Made by a program: the position numbers and the translations under genes. Under the pieces are notes generated by a model. It ran no database searches and was not told the origin of the DNA. It saw nothing but the letters and a program-made list of their open reading frames with translations. Shown here in pieces: positions 9,337 through 19,447 of a DNA stretch of 64,000 nt (positions are counted from its first letter, which is position 1; every line of letters starts with the position of its first letter). This stretch comes from Patescibacteria group bacterium. GTDB lineage: Bacteria > Patescibacteriota > Microgenomatia > 2-02-FULL-39-11. The stretch spans positions 82,330 to 146,329 of the forward strand of contig JAMCUI010000007.1 in NCBI GenBank assembly GCA_023379265.1. The letters are read 5' to 3'.

Positions 9337-10557
9337 ATGGTAAAAAAACCCACGGTTCTTTTAGCCACAGGTTTTGTTGATGGTAGGGGAGGATCAAAGA
9401 TGAGTTCATGGTTTTATGATGAGATGATAGATCGAGGATATAAGGTAATTGTTGCAACCAACTCAATGTATAAATATAAACTTAATGAATTAAAGTTGAA
9501 GTGTGATGTCACAATTGATCTTAATCCTGAAGATGGTAGGCAGATTATCTATGAAAAATGTGAGGAGGGTCTCAAAAATGTAAATTTTGATTATATGGTA
9601 TCGATGGGGTGGAGGACGTATTGGCCTTATGCTGCTTATAAGAGAAAAATCCCATACATCATGGTAGATGGCGGGATTCCTATCCATTATGATAAATACC
9701 CATCCCCTTTTATCAAAGAAGTTTATGCTAATACTAAATTGTTTTTAATGACTACTTGGTTTAATTGGAAGATGCCTGATAATGATTATATTATTCCCAA
9801 AATAAAGGTTGTAACCCAACCCTATCCTTATAAAAGAGTTGAAGGGATGCGAAAGATACGTAATAAGCCTAGAGAGTATTTTCGTGATATTATTGCCCAA
9901 AAATTCCCCGAGATAAAAGATTATGAATATGATTTAATGGTGTATCTGAATTTATCAGATGCTTATATTGACCCTTTCAATTTCGGGCCCAACAATAGAA
10001 ATTTTGTTGATCCTTGGGGGCATCAAATGGCTGATTATATGGCACAAAACGAAATCGAACCCTCACTTTTTTTCCTGTTTAAGCTGATTGCTGGTTTTGA
10101 GACTAATTACCCTGGAAAAGTATTATTATACTTGATGCAGCAAAAAACGAAGTTTATTTCAGAGCCTATTGTTCAAATGTGTAAGAAAGTTAAAACAATT
10201 GCTACAAGCGGTTTAGACGTAAGTTTGGATCCGTTTATCAAAAAGGCTGCAGACGTCAATATATGCCGTGCCACAAATTGCGATAATCAGGCGGATTTGT
10301 CGTTAATAGGAGAGCCGTGTATAACATCTGTGGTCCCAAAAAACTATATGGATGAGGATACTGCAGCTATTCAAGCAGAGAAACTTGGTGTTTGTTATCA
10401 GATTCAATATGACGATCCGGAATATATGAGGAAATTAAAAGAGTACGTATCTAATAAAGCATTTTATACCAAAATGAGCAATAACACTGCAAACGTATTT
10501 GAAAAGTTCTGGAAAACTAATAATTTTTGGGATGAGCTTTTTAAAGTGTTGAAGTAA
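9337..10557 (+). CDS. Hypothetical protein, possibly GT-B-fold glycosyltransferase-like
   Basis: 406 aa, soluble. N-terminal LLATGFVDGRGG resembles MurG/GT1 glycine-rich loops. No firm family assignment. Confidence 0.35.
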   Translation: MVKKPTVLLATGFVDGRGGSKMSSWFYDEMIDRGYKVIVATNSMYKYKLNELKLKCDVTIDLNPEDGRQIIYEKCEEGLKNVNFDYMVSMGWRTYWPYAAYKRKIPYIMVDGGIPIHYDKYPSPFIKEVYANTKLFLMTTWFNWKMPDNDYIIPKIKVVTQPYPYKRVEGMRKIRNKPREYFRDIIAQKFPEIKDYEYDLMVYLNLSDAYIDPFNFGPNNRNFVDPWGHQMADYMAQNEIEPSLFFLFKLIAGFETNYPGKVLLYLMQQKTKFISEPIVQMCKKVKTIATSGLDVSLDPFIKKAADVNICRATNCDNQADLSLIGEPCITSVVPKNYMDEDTAAIQAEKLGVCYQIQYDDPEYMRKLKEYVSNKAFYTKMSNNTANVFEKFWKTNNFWDELFKVLK

Positions 10558-10591
10558 TTTAGGTTTAGTGACGACTTAAAACAAAGTGAGT

Positions 10592-12223
10592 CTATTGATT
10601 AGTGACATAGACAGTATCAGCATTCGGAAAAGGAGGTATAGGTATTCCAGCAAGGTGTGCTACCATCGTAAAGAAATTTGTCCCCGGGTTTTTATGATTT
10701 TGTAAAAAATAAGTATCTGCCGCATCGACTAAAGATGCTGCTTCTCCAGGATCAGTTGCAATATCAGTTAATCTACTTGCTAATTTAAGCATATCTACTT
10801 CCGAAGTGTATTGGCGTAAACCTCGTAAATAAGCACCTTGATCCATTTTGGGAGCGTCCATATATCCTTCACCAGGGATAGTAAAAATTAACTGAGGAAC
10901 CCCTGCAATAACGCTTTCAGCTGAGGAATTGGCTTGTACCGTGCGGTGTATGACTACATCAGCCGCTCTGTGGTACATTCCGTATTTTGATTGGGGGAAA
11001 CGAGGAGCTCTTACAAGTAAAACTTTTGCTTTTTTTGCCTCTGAAGCAGTGATTTCAGCCATATCCGGTAGGTTTAATGAATTGGCGATTTCAATAAATT
11101 TAGGAACCCCAGATAGTAAAACTTTTTTTCCTGTAAGTCTTGCGATTTCTCTTGCTGCGTGTACAAGTTTCTTACTGCCGATCATCATATCGTCAAATTG
11201 TGCCCTTGTTAGCCATTTACCGATATTACTCGCGTCAAAATATCCGGAACTTGCAAAAAATGGAATAAATATGTTGTCTTTTTTAACTAATTCTTCAGCA
11301 AATGCAGGATCGCTACTTCTAACATATTCTGCGAGCATTTCTCTGGCTGATTCTTTCTTCACTTCTCTCCACTCAGTCCATCTGTGGATATATTCAGGTG
11401 TAAAAGGAATTGATGAAGAGGCTCCAACTATACCATTGGGCGCTCTGTGCCTTGCCCATTTTATATTAAAGTCGATCCATGAATTATTTAGCATCCAAAC
11501 TTCAACGTCTGCGTTACTAGCATATCCCGGTGGATAAAATCTGTCGTAAGGATATCCATCAACTGTAGTGTCAAAACTAGGATTGTCTTCATCAGGAAAC
11601 GAACTGTCTTGCATTATCAGTTTAGCGCGAATATTTTTTCTTGTCTCTTGTTTCACTGTCTCAATGGCTCTTTTTAATCCAAATGGGACAAATCCGGTAT
11701 ATCCCGTACTGACAATAAATATATTTTCATGGCCCTTATTAGCCAGGTCGTAGATGGTATCAGTTAGCGTCTTTTCAACAGTCTTGTATTTTGCAGGAGT
11801 ATCACCGTTTGATTCGGAAAATGAAGTTATTTGTTCAGGAAGGCTCCCAGTAAATTTTTCTTCTGATATATCTGAAACTCCACCAGAGGCACCAGCGTAA
11901 TAGAATGGTATATTAAGAATATTTGCAATTTTTCTCATGCCCTCAGCTACTTGTAAAGCCTGTGTTGACGGTCCGTCACCGGCAAGTCCCGCTGGGTTTA
12001 CATATAAAAGTACATCAGGAGGGTGTCCGTCAAATCCAGATTCTACTCTGCCTATTCTAAAATCAGATGCTCTGGCTACTGCAGGATGCGACGGGTTAGG
12101 TTGTATTTTGAAAAAATCAGGAGCAGCGATAGGCTTTGGGATAAGCCTGCCATCTCCTGGTTCTGTTCCTATTAACGAGTGGATTGCCGAGCTTCTTTCA
12201 GCTTCACTTAGTGCTCTTGCCAT
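10592..12223 (-). CDS. Hypothetical protein with GT-B C-terminal-domain-like motif (putative glycosyltransferase)
   Basis: 543 aa. VVIHRTVQANSSAESVIAGVPQLIFTIPGEGYMDAPKMDQGAY resembles the GT1/MurG-type C-terminal nucleotide-sugar-binding block (hhGG.nS..E....GvP.v..P...DQ). Confidence 0.35.
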   Translation of the reverse strand: MARALSEAERSSAIHSLIGTEPGDGRLIPKPIAAPDFFKIQPNPSHPAVARASDFRIGRVESGFDGHPPDVLLYVNPAGLAGDGPSTQALQVAEGMRKIANILNIPFYYAGASGGVSDISEEKFTGSLPEQITSFSESNGDTPAKYKTVEKTLTDTIYDLANKGHENIFIVSTGYTGFVPFGLKRAIETVKQETRKNIRAKLIMQDSSFPDEDNPSFDTTVDGYPYDRFYPPGYASNADVEVWMLNNSWIDFNIKWARHRAPNGIVGASSSIPFTPEYIHRWTEWREVKKESAREMLAEYVRSSDPAFAEELVKKDNIFIPFFASSGYFDASNIGKWLTRAQFDDMMIGSKKLVHAAREIARLTGKKVLLSGVPKFIEIANSLNLPDMAEITASEAKKAKVLLVRAPRFPQSKYGMYHRAADVVIHRTVQANSSAESVIAGVPQLIFTIPGEGYMDAPKMDQGAYLRGLRQYTSEVDMLKLASRLTDIATDPGEAASLVDAADTYFLQNHKNPGTNFFTMVAHLAGIPIPPFPNADTVYVTNQ

Positions 12224-12577
12224 ATTTATTTATATATTGGCAGGAAATCCGTATTATAAAGAATAAATTTCGTTAATAATTTTCATACTTTATCATACAT
12301 GAAGTTTTTTTGTCAATGTAACACATATTACATTTCTTAAACGATGTTTATAAGTTAGAACAATTTTATTGTTAGTTTTAGTCAAGTTTTAATATACCCA
12401 TTTTACTCTGGTCTGCAACTTTTAGCATAAGCGAAGGGTGAAAAAAGCTGATGAGATGGGTATATACTGTTCTTCGATAAGCTTAGGATCAGTTCTGAGA
12501 CTAAGTCGAAAGACTGAAATAATCAGTTGCAAACTTGAGTTATTGAAGTATAGTAGAAAAATATTTGATGATTTATT

Positions 12578-13819
12578 ATGGTGATTATGGAAACTGAATC
12601 TGAACTTTGGAAGGGAAATTTGGACAAAATTTATCCGTTGATAGATCAAAATGAGTTAAAAATATATAGTAGACTTTTCTGTAGAGAATTAAGCGCAGTA
12701 TTATCCAATCAGATTTCTTCTTTGCCTGCAATCTTAAATCCAATTTGTAAAGTTTCTCCTAGCCCCGGTTACGGTATTGCGATTTCAGTCGGTGGAACAA
12801 ATGGTTATGTTTCATCCTTTTATATTTCAAGGAAAGGAGTATTGAAATTTCATAATAGGTTTTTATTTCCCTTGCCACAGAATACAACGAGGGATAAACT
12901 CTTTCATTTAGTAACAAAAAACGCCTTAAAAGTCTTAAATCATCCTAAGAATTTTCCTCCGATTGGTATTGGTCTTGCTTACCCGTTAAAACCCGTATTG
13001 ACACATAAATATGTTGATGGAGAACTTATGTATATGACAAAAGGGAGAAATATTGAAGGATTGGTAGGGAAAAGGGTTGGACAGGAATATCATAAGTTTC
13101 TAAAAAAAGAATATGGTGTTGATACTACAGTATCAGTAGCAAATGATGCGATATGTCTGCTTTTAGGAGGTGATGGCGCTGAAGCGGCTGGAGTGGTAGG
13201 AACTGGTCTTAATTTTGCCTATTGGGAGAAGACGTATAATATCGCCCCTTTGAAATTGAAAGAACTTGCTGGTTTTTCACAGGCCGAAGTAGCAGTGAAT
13301 ATTGAGTCCAAAAACTTTAATAAGATTGAAGGTACAAAACTTCGTTCTATAGTGGATAAAGAAAGTGTAGATCCCGGATATTCCCTTGCAGAAAAGGAGG
13401 CGGCCGGAGCATATCTTTTTAAGATTTTTAATGCCGGGAAGAAGGAAATTTTAGGAAATAAGTTTCCTGATCTGAGTTCTACAGACCAAATAGATGAAAT
13501 AGTGACGGGATCTTATACGTATCCTATAGAAACTAATGAAGAGTTGCAGATGAAAGCCCGATTATTTGCTCAAAGAATTTTGGAGAGATCGGCGCAGATT
13601 ACGGCTATAGAGTTGTGTGGCGTGCTTATGAAAATAGGAAGGACGAGTGGAGTGGTGTCGATAGTTATGGAAGGCGGAATTTTTTGGAAAGCAAAAAATT
13701 ATCTTTCGTTAGTCAATTTATATATAAATACTATATTGCCTGAAGTGATTCCTTCATTTGCCAGGTTGTTTGGTAGCAGTAGGAGAGGAATTGCTGTTTT
13801 AGCCAGAAGCGTCTATTAA
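12578..13819 (+). CDS. ASKHA-superfamily sugar kinase, hexokinase-like
   Basis: GIAISVGGTNGYV resembles the hexokinase phosphate-1 motif (LDLGGTNFRV). Further glycine-rich ATPase-like segments. 413 aa. Confidence 0.4.
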   Translation: MVIMETESELWKGNLDKIYPLIDQNELKIYSRLFCRELSAVLSNQISSLPAILNPICKVSPSPGYGIAISVGGTNGYVSSFYISRKGVLKFHNRFLFPLPQNTTRDKLFHLVTKNALKVLNHPKNFPPIGIGLAYPLKPVLTHKYVDGELMYMTKGRNIEGLVGKRVGQEYHKFLKKEYGVDTTVSVANDAICLLLGGDGAEAAGVVGTGLNFAYWEKTYNIAPLKLKELAGFSQAEVAVNIESKNFNKIEGTKLRSIVDKESVDPGYSLAEKEAAGAYLFKIFNAGKKEILGNKFPDLSSTDQIDEIVTGSYTYPIETNEELQMKARLFAQRILERSAQITAIELCGVLMKIGRTSGVVSIVMEGGIFWKAKNYLSLVNLYINTILPEVIPSFARLFGSSRRGIAVLARSVY

Positions 13820-13958
13820 TTGTTCCAACTGTAACATATTTGTAAGTTTCTTAGTATGGCGATGGTTTGATGTTTGAATTAAAATGTGCTAGCGTTTTAT
13901 TACTTCTGTTTTTTATCTTTTCCTTGACTGGATATCATATCCCTCTTATCATGGAAAT

Positions 13959-16900
13959 ATGACATCTCCTGAAGCAGGTGGTTTATTTGGTCAATTGAAA
14001 AATTTACTCACCCAATTATTTATAGATAAAAAGAGAATAGAAGAGGAGAAGCGTTTAAGGGAAGAGGCGCAAAGAAGCAAAATTGAGGCTGAAACTCCAG
14101 AAAATATTAGAAGAGATAGAGAACGGCATAGAGAAGAAGATGAAGAAAGAGCTTATAGAGAAAGAGCCTCAGCTGACGAAATGGCTGAAGAGGAGCAAGG
14201 GGAAATCCAAAACAGAAGAATAGGTTTAAGAAAACAAGCTATTAAAGAGGAGTTGCGCAAGGCTATTGCACAACAGGAGATGATTGCGGGAGAGCGGCAG
14301 GTCTATAAAGAATATGCTTATGTGGATTATTTAGTCAGTGATTTTAGGGCGGATACAAATCTCCGGGATGGTCTATACGCATTAATTGATGCAAATTATA
14401 GTGCAGCGCTTATCATTGAGAAGATTATAAAAGGTGGTAAGGCTCTTCATTCTGATCCGCAACAGCTTCTGGATATTGGTGCAGCTTTGTATTTCCAGGC
14501 CAGTCAATCAGGGATGGTTCCTGCTATCCAGCCAATCTTAAATGAGGTGGAAGAACGTGTCCTTCAGCTTTTCATTGATGTAAGAAAGAAAGGAATAGAA
14601 ACCAGATCTGGAGGTGTACGCGAAATTAATAACCCGGCTCAGTTTTTGGCTGATGCTGACAAAAGATATCCCCCAAATGATTTTAGGGATTTATCATCAA
14701 ATAATCCGGCGGAATGGCGTCGCGGAATACACAATATATTAAACTCTGCTCGTCCCGGGGCAGATGCTGAGTATACAAGGGAAGCTTTAGAGTCAGCAGT
14801 ATCGATAGACAGAAATGCCCCTCCTCCCCAAAAACTGGTAAATGAGGTATCCGATTTATTGCAAAAAGTTCAGGATAGAGAAAATGCCGGTGAACCTTTG
14901 TCCAGCAGCGAATTAAATGATTTAAGCGACGAGATTGACCAGGTTGGATTTAACTCTTTCCCACAGGATGTGGTTGCTGGTACAAACAGATATTTGCAGA
15001 CTGCTGCCAATATAAGAAGTTATACCGAGTCAGTCAAGAACAAATTGGCAGAAAAAGCAGTCGAACGTTTAAGATCAGAAGTGCCTAGTGTGGAACGGAA
15101 TCTGACGTCTGAGCAGTTTTTGGAGCGAATTGGACATCCTGGCGATATGGGCCGATTATTGGTCAGCAGTCCAGATGTGGCAAAGCTTTTGGTGGGCAAT
15201 ACCAAAGAAAGTTCAAGCTTTCGGTTCAAAGTTTTCCTCAGAATACACGCGGCTGTACTTACTCAGCGACGTGAGTCATTTCATGATAATTTTGGATTAT
15301 ACGAAAGGGCTGATTTTACCGCATTTATTAATCATATTAGGAATAATATGAAAGGCGTGCGGCCTGAGACGGGCCAGCCTTTTGGTGAAGCCTGGGTTGA
15401 TTGGTATGTTGGTTTGAGCAATTCCATCCGTTTATCCCGCGATATAGATTTCTGGGCTTCACAGCCTGGAGCCGATCCCGAACAATTCAACCGTTCGCTG
15501 TCTCTTTTTTTGAATGAATACAATGTTCAATTGATGAGCGTTCCGGGAGTGGAGCAGGCCTATAGGGCATATCTTAGTACGATAAAATCCATCAAAAACC
15601 ATAATGATGGCTATGTACCTCCCGCATTAGTAGAGTATTCTCCAGGTAAGATGGTTTCAGGATGGGATAATATGGCCCGAGAATGGGTAAAGAAGATGAT
15701 TTCCATGGGGCAGATACAGGACGTGGACCGTGATCCTTATGGGTTCCATAAGTTGGAAGAGAATGGGTTTACTCTGAAGCTAAAAGAGGGCCCCGAAGGA
15801 AAATTAAAAATGGAAAATATGAGCAATGAGGAGATGGCAATGTATATGACTCTTGCGAAAGGATATGGAATATCAACATGGATGTTACTGGATGAATTTG
15901 CCAACTCCAAAGTTCCAGGTTCAGATCATCCTAGATGGGGAATGACAGGTTTTCATAGTCTTGCGGCGTACGAGGGAGTCGCCCGTGCAGGAAATTATTT
16001 TGCATCAGTGGTAACGAAGTGGAAGTATACATTCAAATATTTTCATATGATGAATATGCTAGTTCCTGAACATAAAAGGAAAGTGTGGGGCGCCAGTGAT
16101 TTTAATGAAGCTAAAAAGGCATATATTGCTTATAGAAACGGTACTTTTGAGAAGGAGTTTGGAAAGGACGCAAAGCGCATGATTGATTTGGATAACTTCA
16201 GTCACTTTTCTGCTAATTTACCATTTTCAGGATGGAGACATGTGGATATGACAATAGGTTGGTCCGATAAACTTCGTGAATCTATGGGATCTGCCCATCA
16301 AATAGGTATGGCTAATGCTTTTGCTGGCGCTAAGGTAAAAGATTATTTTGTGGTTGATAAATATAAAAAGGAATTTAGGGATAAGATGAGAGAAGCAGGA
16401 CAACCTTATGCCGGTCCGCGTTTTGACGCTTTGTGGCAGGAAAGAGGATATCCAATATATAAAGCAAGGATTGAGAATGAGTGGGATAGTATAAAACATA
16501 AGGAGGAGGTTGAGGAGTTGGTTTCTAAATACGCAAAAGCTTATAAGGCTAGAGTTTGGATAGAAACCGCGATGCGTAATCCTTTGGCAATAGCCCAAAA
16601 TGTAAAAGTAAAAGTGCCAATTCCTGGATTTACTGCAGAGGAAGGTAAAAGAGATGTAAGTATCCATTTGCTTTTGGTGCAAAAAATTTTGGGAATTCCT
16701 TATGAAGATATAAAGTACGGAGACGATCCCAAAAGCCGGGAAGCAAAAGTATACGCCTCACCAACGGTTTCACAAGAAAGGTGGATGAAAGAAGCTGCTG
16801 ACTTAGAGTCTGATATAGCAGTAGTGCGTGAGATTGCGATACGTGAGAATAGGGAACTGCGTGAGTCAGATTTCAATGCCATAAGTGACGCGCATCGTAA

Positions 16901-17795
16901 GAGAGATGCTTTGGAGTATTGGAAAGCTGTGCGAAAGATGATGTTGGGAGATTTATCTCCTGATTTACATGAGCGTTTATACGAAAAGCTCGGTCTTAAA
17001 ATGTCAGAGAATGGTTATGACTACGATATTGATTGGGAAAAGATCGAGCATGTAGATCATATTGTAAATGAAATAAGTCACGGTGAAGGGATTGATTTGG
17101 GTAATTTGGAAGGAGTACGTATTCAAATTCCACATCAATTAAATAAGGAGTTGATAGATAAAGAGTGGGATGAAATGTTCAGCCCCGATGACATTTCCAT
17201 AAGAGAATTGGATATGATGAATCTCGGCTCAAGACATCTTATCAGGCGCGGAGGGGATGCACTTGCTCATTATCAGGGAGGACAACGGTTGGAAAAGTAT
17301 CTAATGTATGACCTCAAAGGCAATCCGAATCCTGAAGATTTGGCAAAAGCCTTATCGGAAGTGGCTCAGGCATATACTGGTGATGATACATTAAAAGGTT
17401 GGAGAGCGGCTGGAATGTGGGCATATGCAACGTCGAAATTTTATTCGTTTGATTATGGGCATTTGGGTTCTCCTGCACAATTGCAAGTGTATGGAACGAG
17501 AAGAGGAATTGCCGCCTGGATGGCAAACGGCAGAAGAAAATTCTGGGATACAATTGAGCATCTTGATGTTTTACCGCCTACTCATGAGGGTTTTTTGGAT
17601 TATTATGCACAACCAGAGCTCATGAATATACATGAATTACGAAGATTGTCAAAAGCTGATAATGTTGATGTTTGGATGGAAATAGTGACTTTGGGTGCGG
17701 CATTGGCTATAGCCTTGACTATTTACCGGGCATTTACCGCACCTTCAGAAGAAGAGGAAGGCGGTGGGGGAGGCGGTGGCGGGGGACATCACTGA
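13959..17795 (+). CDS. Giant hypothetical protein (1278 aa): acidic/basic coiled-coil N-terminus, single C-terminal TM helix, poly-Gly-HH tail
   Basis: Uninterrupted 3.8-kb ORF. N-terminus is highly charged (EEEKRLREEAQRSKIEAE...). C-terminus is VTLGAALAIALTIYRAF followed by EEEEGGGGGGGGGHH. No recognisable catalytic motif. Converges on and overlaps the VirB6-like gene by 7 nt. Confidence 0.6.
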   Translation: MTSPEAGGLFGQLKNLLTQLFIDKKRIEEEKRLREEAQRSKIEAETPENIRRDRERHREEDEERAYRERASADEMAEEEQGEIQNRRIGLRKQAIKEELRKAIAQQEMIAGERQVYKEYAYVDYLVSDFRADTNLRDGLYALIDANYSAALIIEKIIKGGKALHSDPQQLLDIGAALYFQASQSGMVPAIQPILNEVEERVLQLFIDVRKKGIETRSGGVREINNPAQFLADADKRYPPNDFRDLSSNNPAEWRRGIHNILNSARPGADAEYTREALESAVSIDRNAPPPQKLVNEVSDLLQKVQDRENAGEPLSSSELNDLSDEIDQVGFNSFPQDVVAGTNRYLQTAANIRSYTESVKNKLAEKAVERLRSEVPSVERNLTSEQFLERIGHPGDMGRLLVSSPDVAKLLVGNTKESSSFRFKVFLRIHAAVLTQRRESFHDNFGLYERADFTAFINHIRNNMKGVRPETGQPFGEAWVDWYVGLSNSIRLSRDIDFWASQPGADPEQFNRSLSLFLNEYNVQLMSVPGVEQAYRAYLSTIKSIKNHNDGYVPPALVEYSPGKMVSGWDNMAREWVKKMISMGQIQDVDRDPYGFHKLEENGFTLKLKEGPEGKLKMENMSNEEMAMYMTLAKGYGISTWMLLDEFANSKVPGSDHPRWGMTGFHSLAAYEGVARAGNYFASVVTKWKYTFKYFHMMNMLVPEHKRKVWGASDFNEAKKAYIAYRNGTFEKEFGKDAKRMIDLDNFSHFSANLPFSGWRHVDMTIGWSDKLRESMGSAHQIGMANAFAGAKVKDYFVVDKYKKEFRDKMREAGQPYAGPRFDALWQERGYPIYKARIENEWDSIKHKEEVEELVSKYAKAYKARVWIETAMRNPLAIAQNVKVKVPIPGFTAEEGKRDVSIHLLLVQKILGIPYEDIKYGDDPKSREAKVYASPTVSQERWMKEAADLESDIAVVREIAIRENRELRESDFNAISDAHRKRDALEYWKAVRKMMLGDLSPDLHERLYEKLGLKMSENGYDYDIDWEKIEHVDHIVNEISHGEGIDLGNLEGVRIQIPHQLNKELIDKEWDEMFSPDDISIRELDMMNLGSRHLIRRGGDALAHYQGGQRLEKYLMYDLKGNPNPEDLAKALSEVAQAYTGDDTLKGWRAAGMWAYATSKFYSFDYGHLGSPAQLQVYGTRRGIAAWMANGRRKFWDTIEHLDVLPPTHEGFLDYYAQPELMNIHELRRLSKADNVDVWMEIVTLGAALAIALTIYRAFTAPSEEEEGGGGGGGGGHH

Positions 17796-19345
17796 TGATG
17801 TCCATCTCCCTTTTTGGAGAACATACTCATTATAGATTGCAAATAGTAGAATTGGCTCATAGCTCCCATACCGGTTCCTACCGCTCCAGTAACTGGTGCA
17901 AAAGCACTACCAGCAGTGACGGGTATAGCAGCTTTCGGATGGAAAAGTTTTTTGACGGAAGCAATCATGTTTGGAGCCATAAATATAATTCCCAGCCCGA
18001 TTACTATAGCCAACGGATTACCTTTTATATGCAGTATGCTTTGATTTGTGCCCGGAATAGTGAGATTGAGCTCTCCACCTCCAGCAGGAATTAATGGTGG
18101 ACTCCAGAGGTTACCGCTCCAGGCAATAGACGTAAATATCCAACTGAAATAAATAACCGCAACAGTAGTCGGAAAAACTATTAAATTAGCAATTATGTTT
18201 TGTATCCATTGGCCGAACGCTGATCTTCCGGGAATAGCTTCCTGAAGAAGGAGAATAGGAGCAATAATGACAGTCAATAATAGTTGGATATACGAGTTTA
18301 AGAGAAGGAAAAATATCCTTATAAACGTAAATAAAAGACCAAGACCGATAATAAAAAGTATTATAGCAAGTGGAGCTCCTGCTAAAAAAAGTCCCCATCC
18401 ACCTGTAAAAGTACCCAATATTGCAAGCATTGCTTCAATAATAATTGTGATTGCGCCATAACCCAATAAGTTTGTTCCGGAACTGAAAAATGCCTGTTGG
18501 AAAAAAGATGGTACCAGTCCTAATGAGAAAACGGCTGAAGCCAGTTTCCCGATACCTGCCCACCCGCCTCCCATAAATTCCTGTTGCTGTTGGGCAACGT
18601 TTTTAAGAAAATCTGCCCCAATAATAAGATTGTTTGGAACAGCGCTCGCCATAAGTTGAATTACAATTGCTATTGCCAGATACATTAAATCGATGAAAAA
18701 ACCGGCAATCGGGTATGAGAAGGTAATTAGAAGCAAGGTAACAATAATTTTAGGTAATGCTGCCTGAATAGAAATTACTGTTTTGGGGTCAATTTTCATA
18801 CGGAATATTATCATGAAACCAATGGCGATCATAATAATAATCAGTATGGTATATGCTATATTCCTTGCAGTTTGCCAAAGTGGCAAAAGAGGGACAAGGC
18901 CTGAGAATCCAATTCCCTGAGCGTTAGCGGGTGTAGCCAAAAAGCCAGAATTTGCCAACAGGTTTTGTGTATATGCTATAGCTGAAGCCGGCGGATGGTC
19001 GTATAATGTTCCTATGGCTTGAGCCATCAGTCCTAGAGCGCTTGTGTTTTCCAGACTGCTTTGCCCATTATTTGCGCTTGATGACTGACATGGCATGAGG
19101 GCACAAGTCAATTTCCCAATCATTGTAAAAGTGTTATAGCCTATTACTCTGTCAGAAAAAATTACAGTTTGACCTGTGTTTTTTTCGACATTTTCTGCAC
19201 TTTGTTCGTTAGTGAGCATTTTTTCAAAAGAGAAATTGAAAGGATTATCAGCCGCTGAAATTTTTTTGGGTAAGATGAGAAGAAATAGAACAAAGGATAT
19301 AGATAAAATAACTAAAAGAAGCATCTTATCAGGCAGTTTAAGCAT
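17789..19345 (-). CDS. Polytopic membrane protein, VirB6/TrbL-like (type IV secretion-type)
   Basis: 518 aa. Signal/TM N-terminus, ~130-aa extracytoplasmic domain, multiple TM helices, Gly-rich C-terminal tail. Directly adjacent to six VirB2-like pilin genes. Confidence 0.45.
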   Translation of the reverse strand: MLKLPDKMLLLVILSISFVLFLLILPKKISAADNPFNFSFEKMLTNEQSAENVEKNTGQTVIFSDRVIGYNTFTMIGKLTCALMPCQSSSANNGQSSLENTSALGLMAQAIGTLYDHPPASAIAYTQNLLANSGFLATPANAQGIGFSGLVPLLPLWQTARNIAYTILIIIMIAIGFMIIFRMKIDPKTVISIQAALPKIIVTLLLITFSYPIAGFFIDLMYLAIAIVIQLMASAVPNNLIIGADFLKNVAQQQQEFMGGGWAGIGKLASAVFSLGLVPSFFQQAFFSSGTNLLGYGAITIIIEAMLAILGTFTGGWGLFLAGAPLAIILFIIGLGLLFTFIRIFFLLLNSYIQLLLTVIIAPILLLQEAIPGRSAFGQWIQNIIANLIVFPTTVAVIYFSWIFTSIAWSGNLWSPPLIPAGGGELNLTIPGTNQSILHIKGNPLAIVIGLGIIFMAPNMIASVKKLFHPKAAIPVTAGSAFAPVTGAVGTGMGAMSQFYYLQSIMSMFSKKGDGHHQ

Positions 19346-19447
19346 AACTTTATTATTCTTCTTTTTGTCAGTTATGTCAAGGAATCATCAGCTTGATTTT
19401 AATAAATTGAAATAGATTTATTTTCTACAAATATAATCTATTAAAAC

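Noticed and set aside
12440-12540. Hammerhead ribozyme suggested by CTGATGAG and a downstream GAAA
   Set aside because: The CUGAUGA box is not followed by a stem II hairpin closed by GAAA in the required geometry. The second candidate (CTGAGAC) breaks the CUGANGA consensus. A generic structured leader is reported instead.
17746-17795. Poly-glycine tail of the giant protein as a homopolymer sequencing artefact
   Set aside because: The nine Gly are encoded by a mix of GGC/GGT/GGG/GGA codons and the frame stays open to a stop, so they are not a single-base run.
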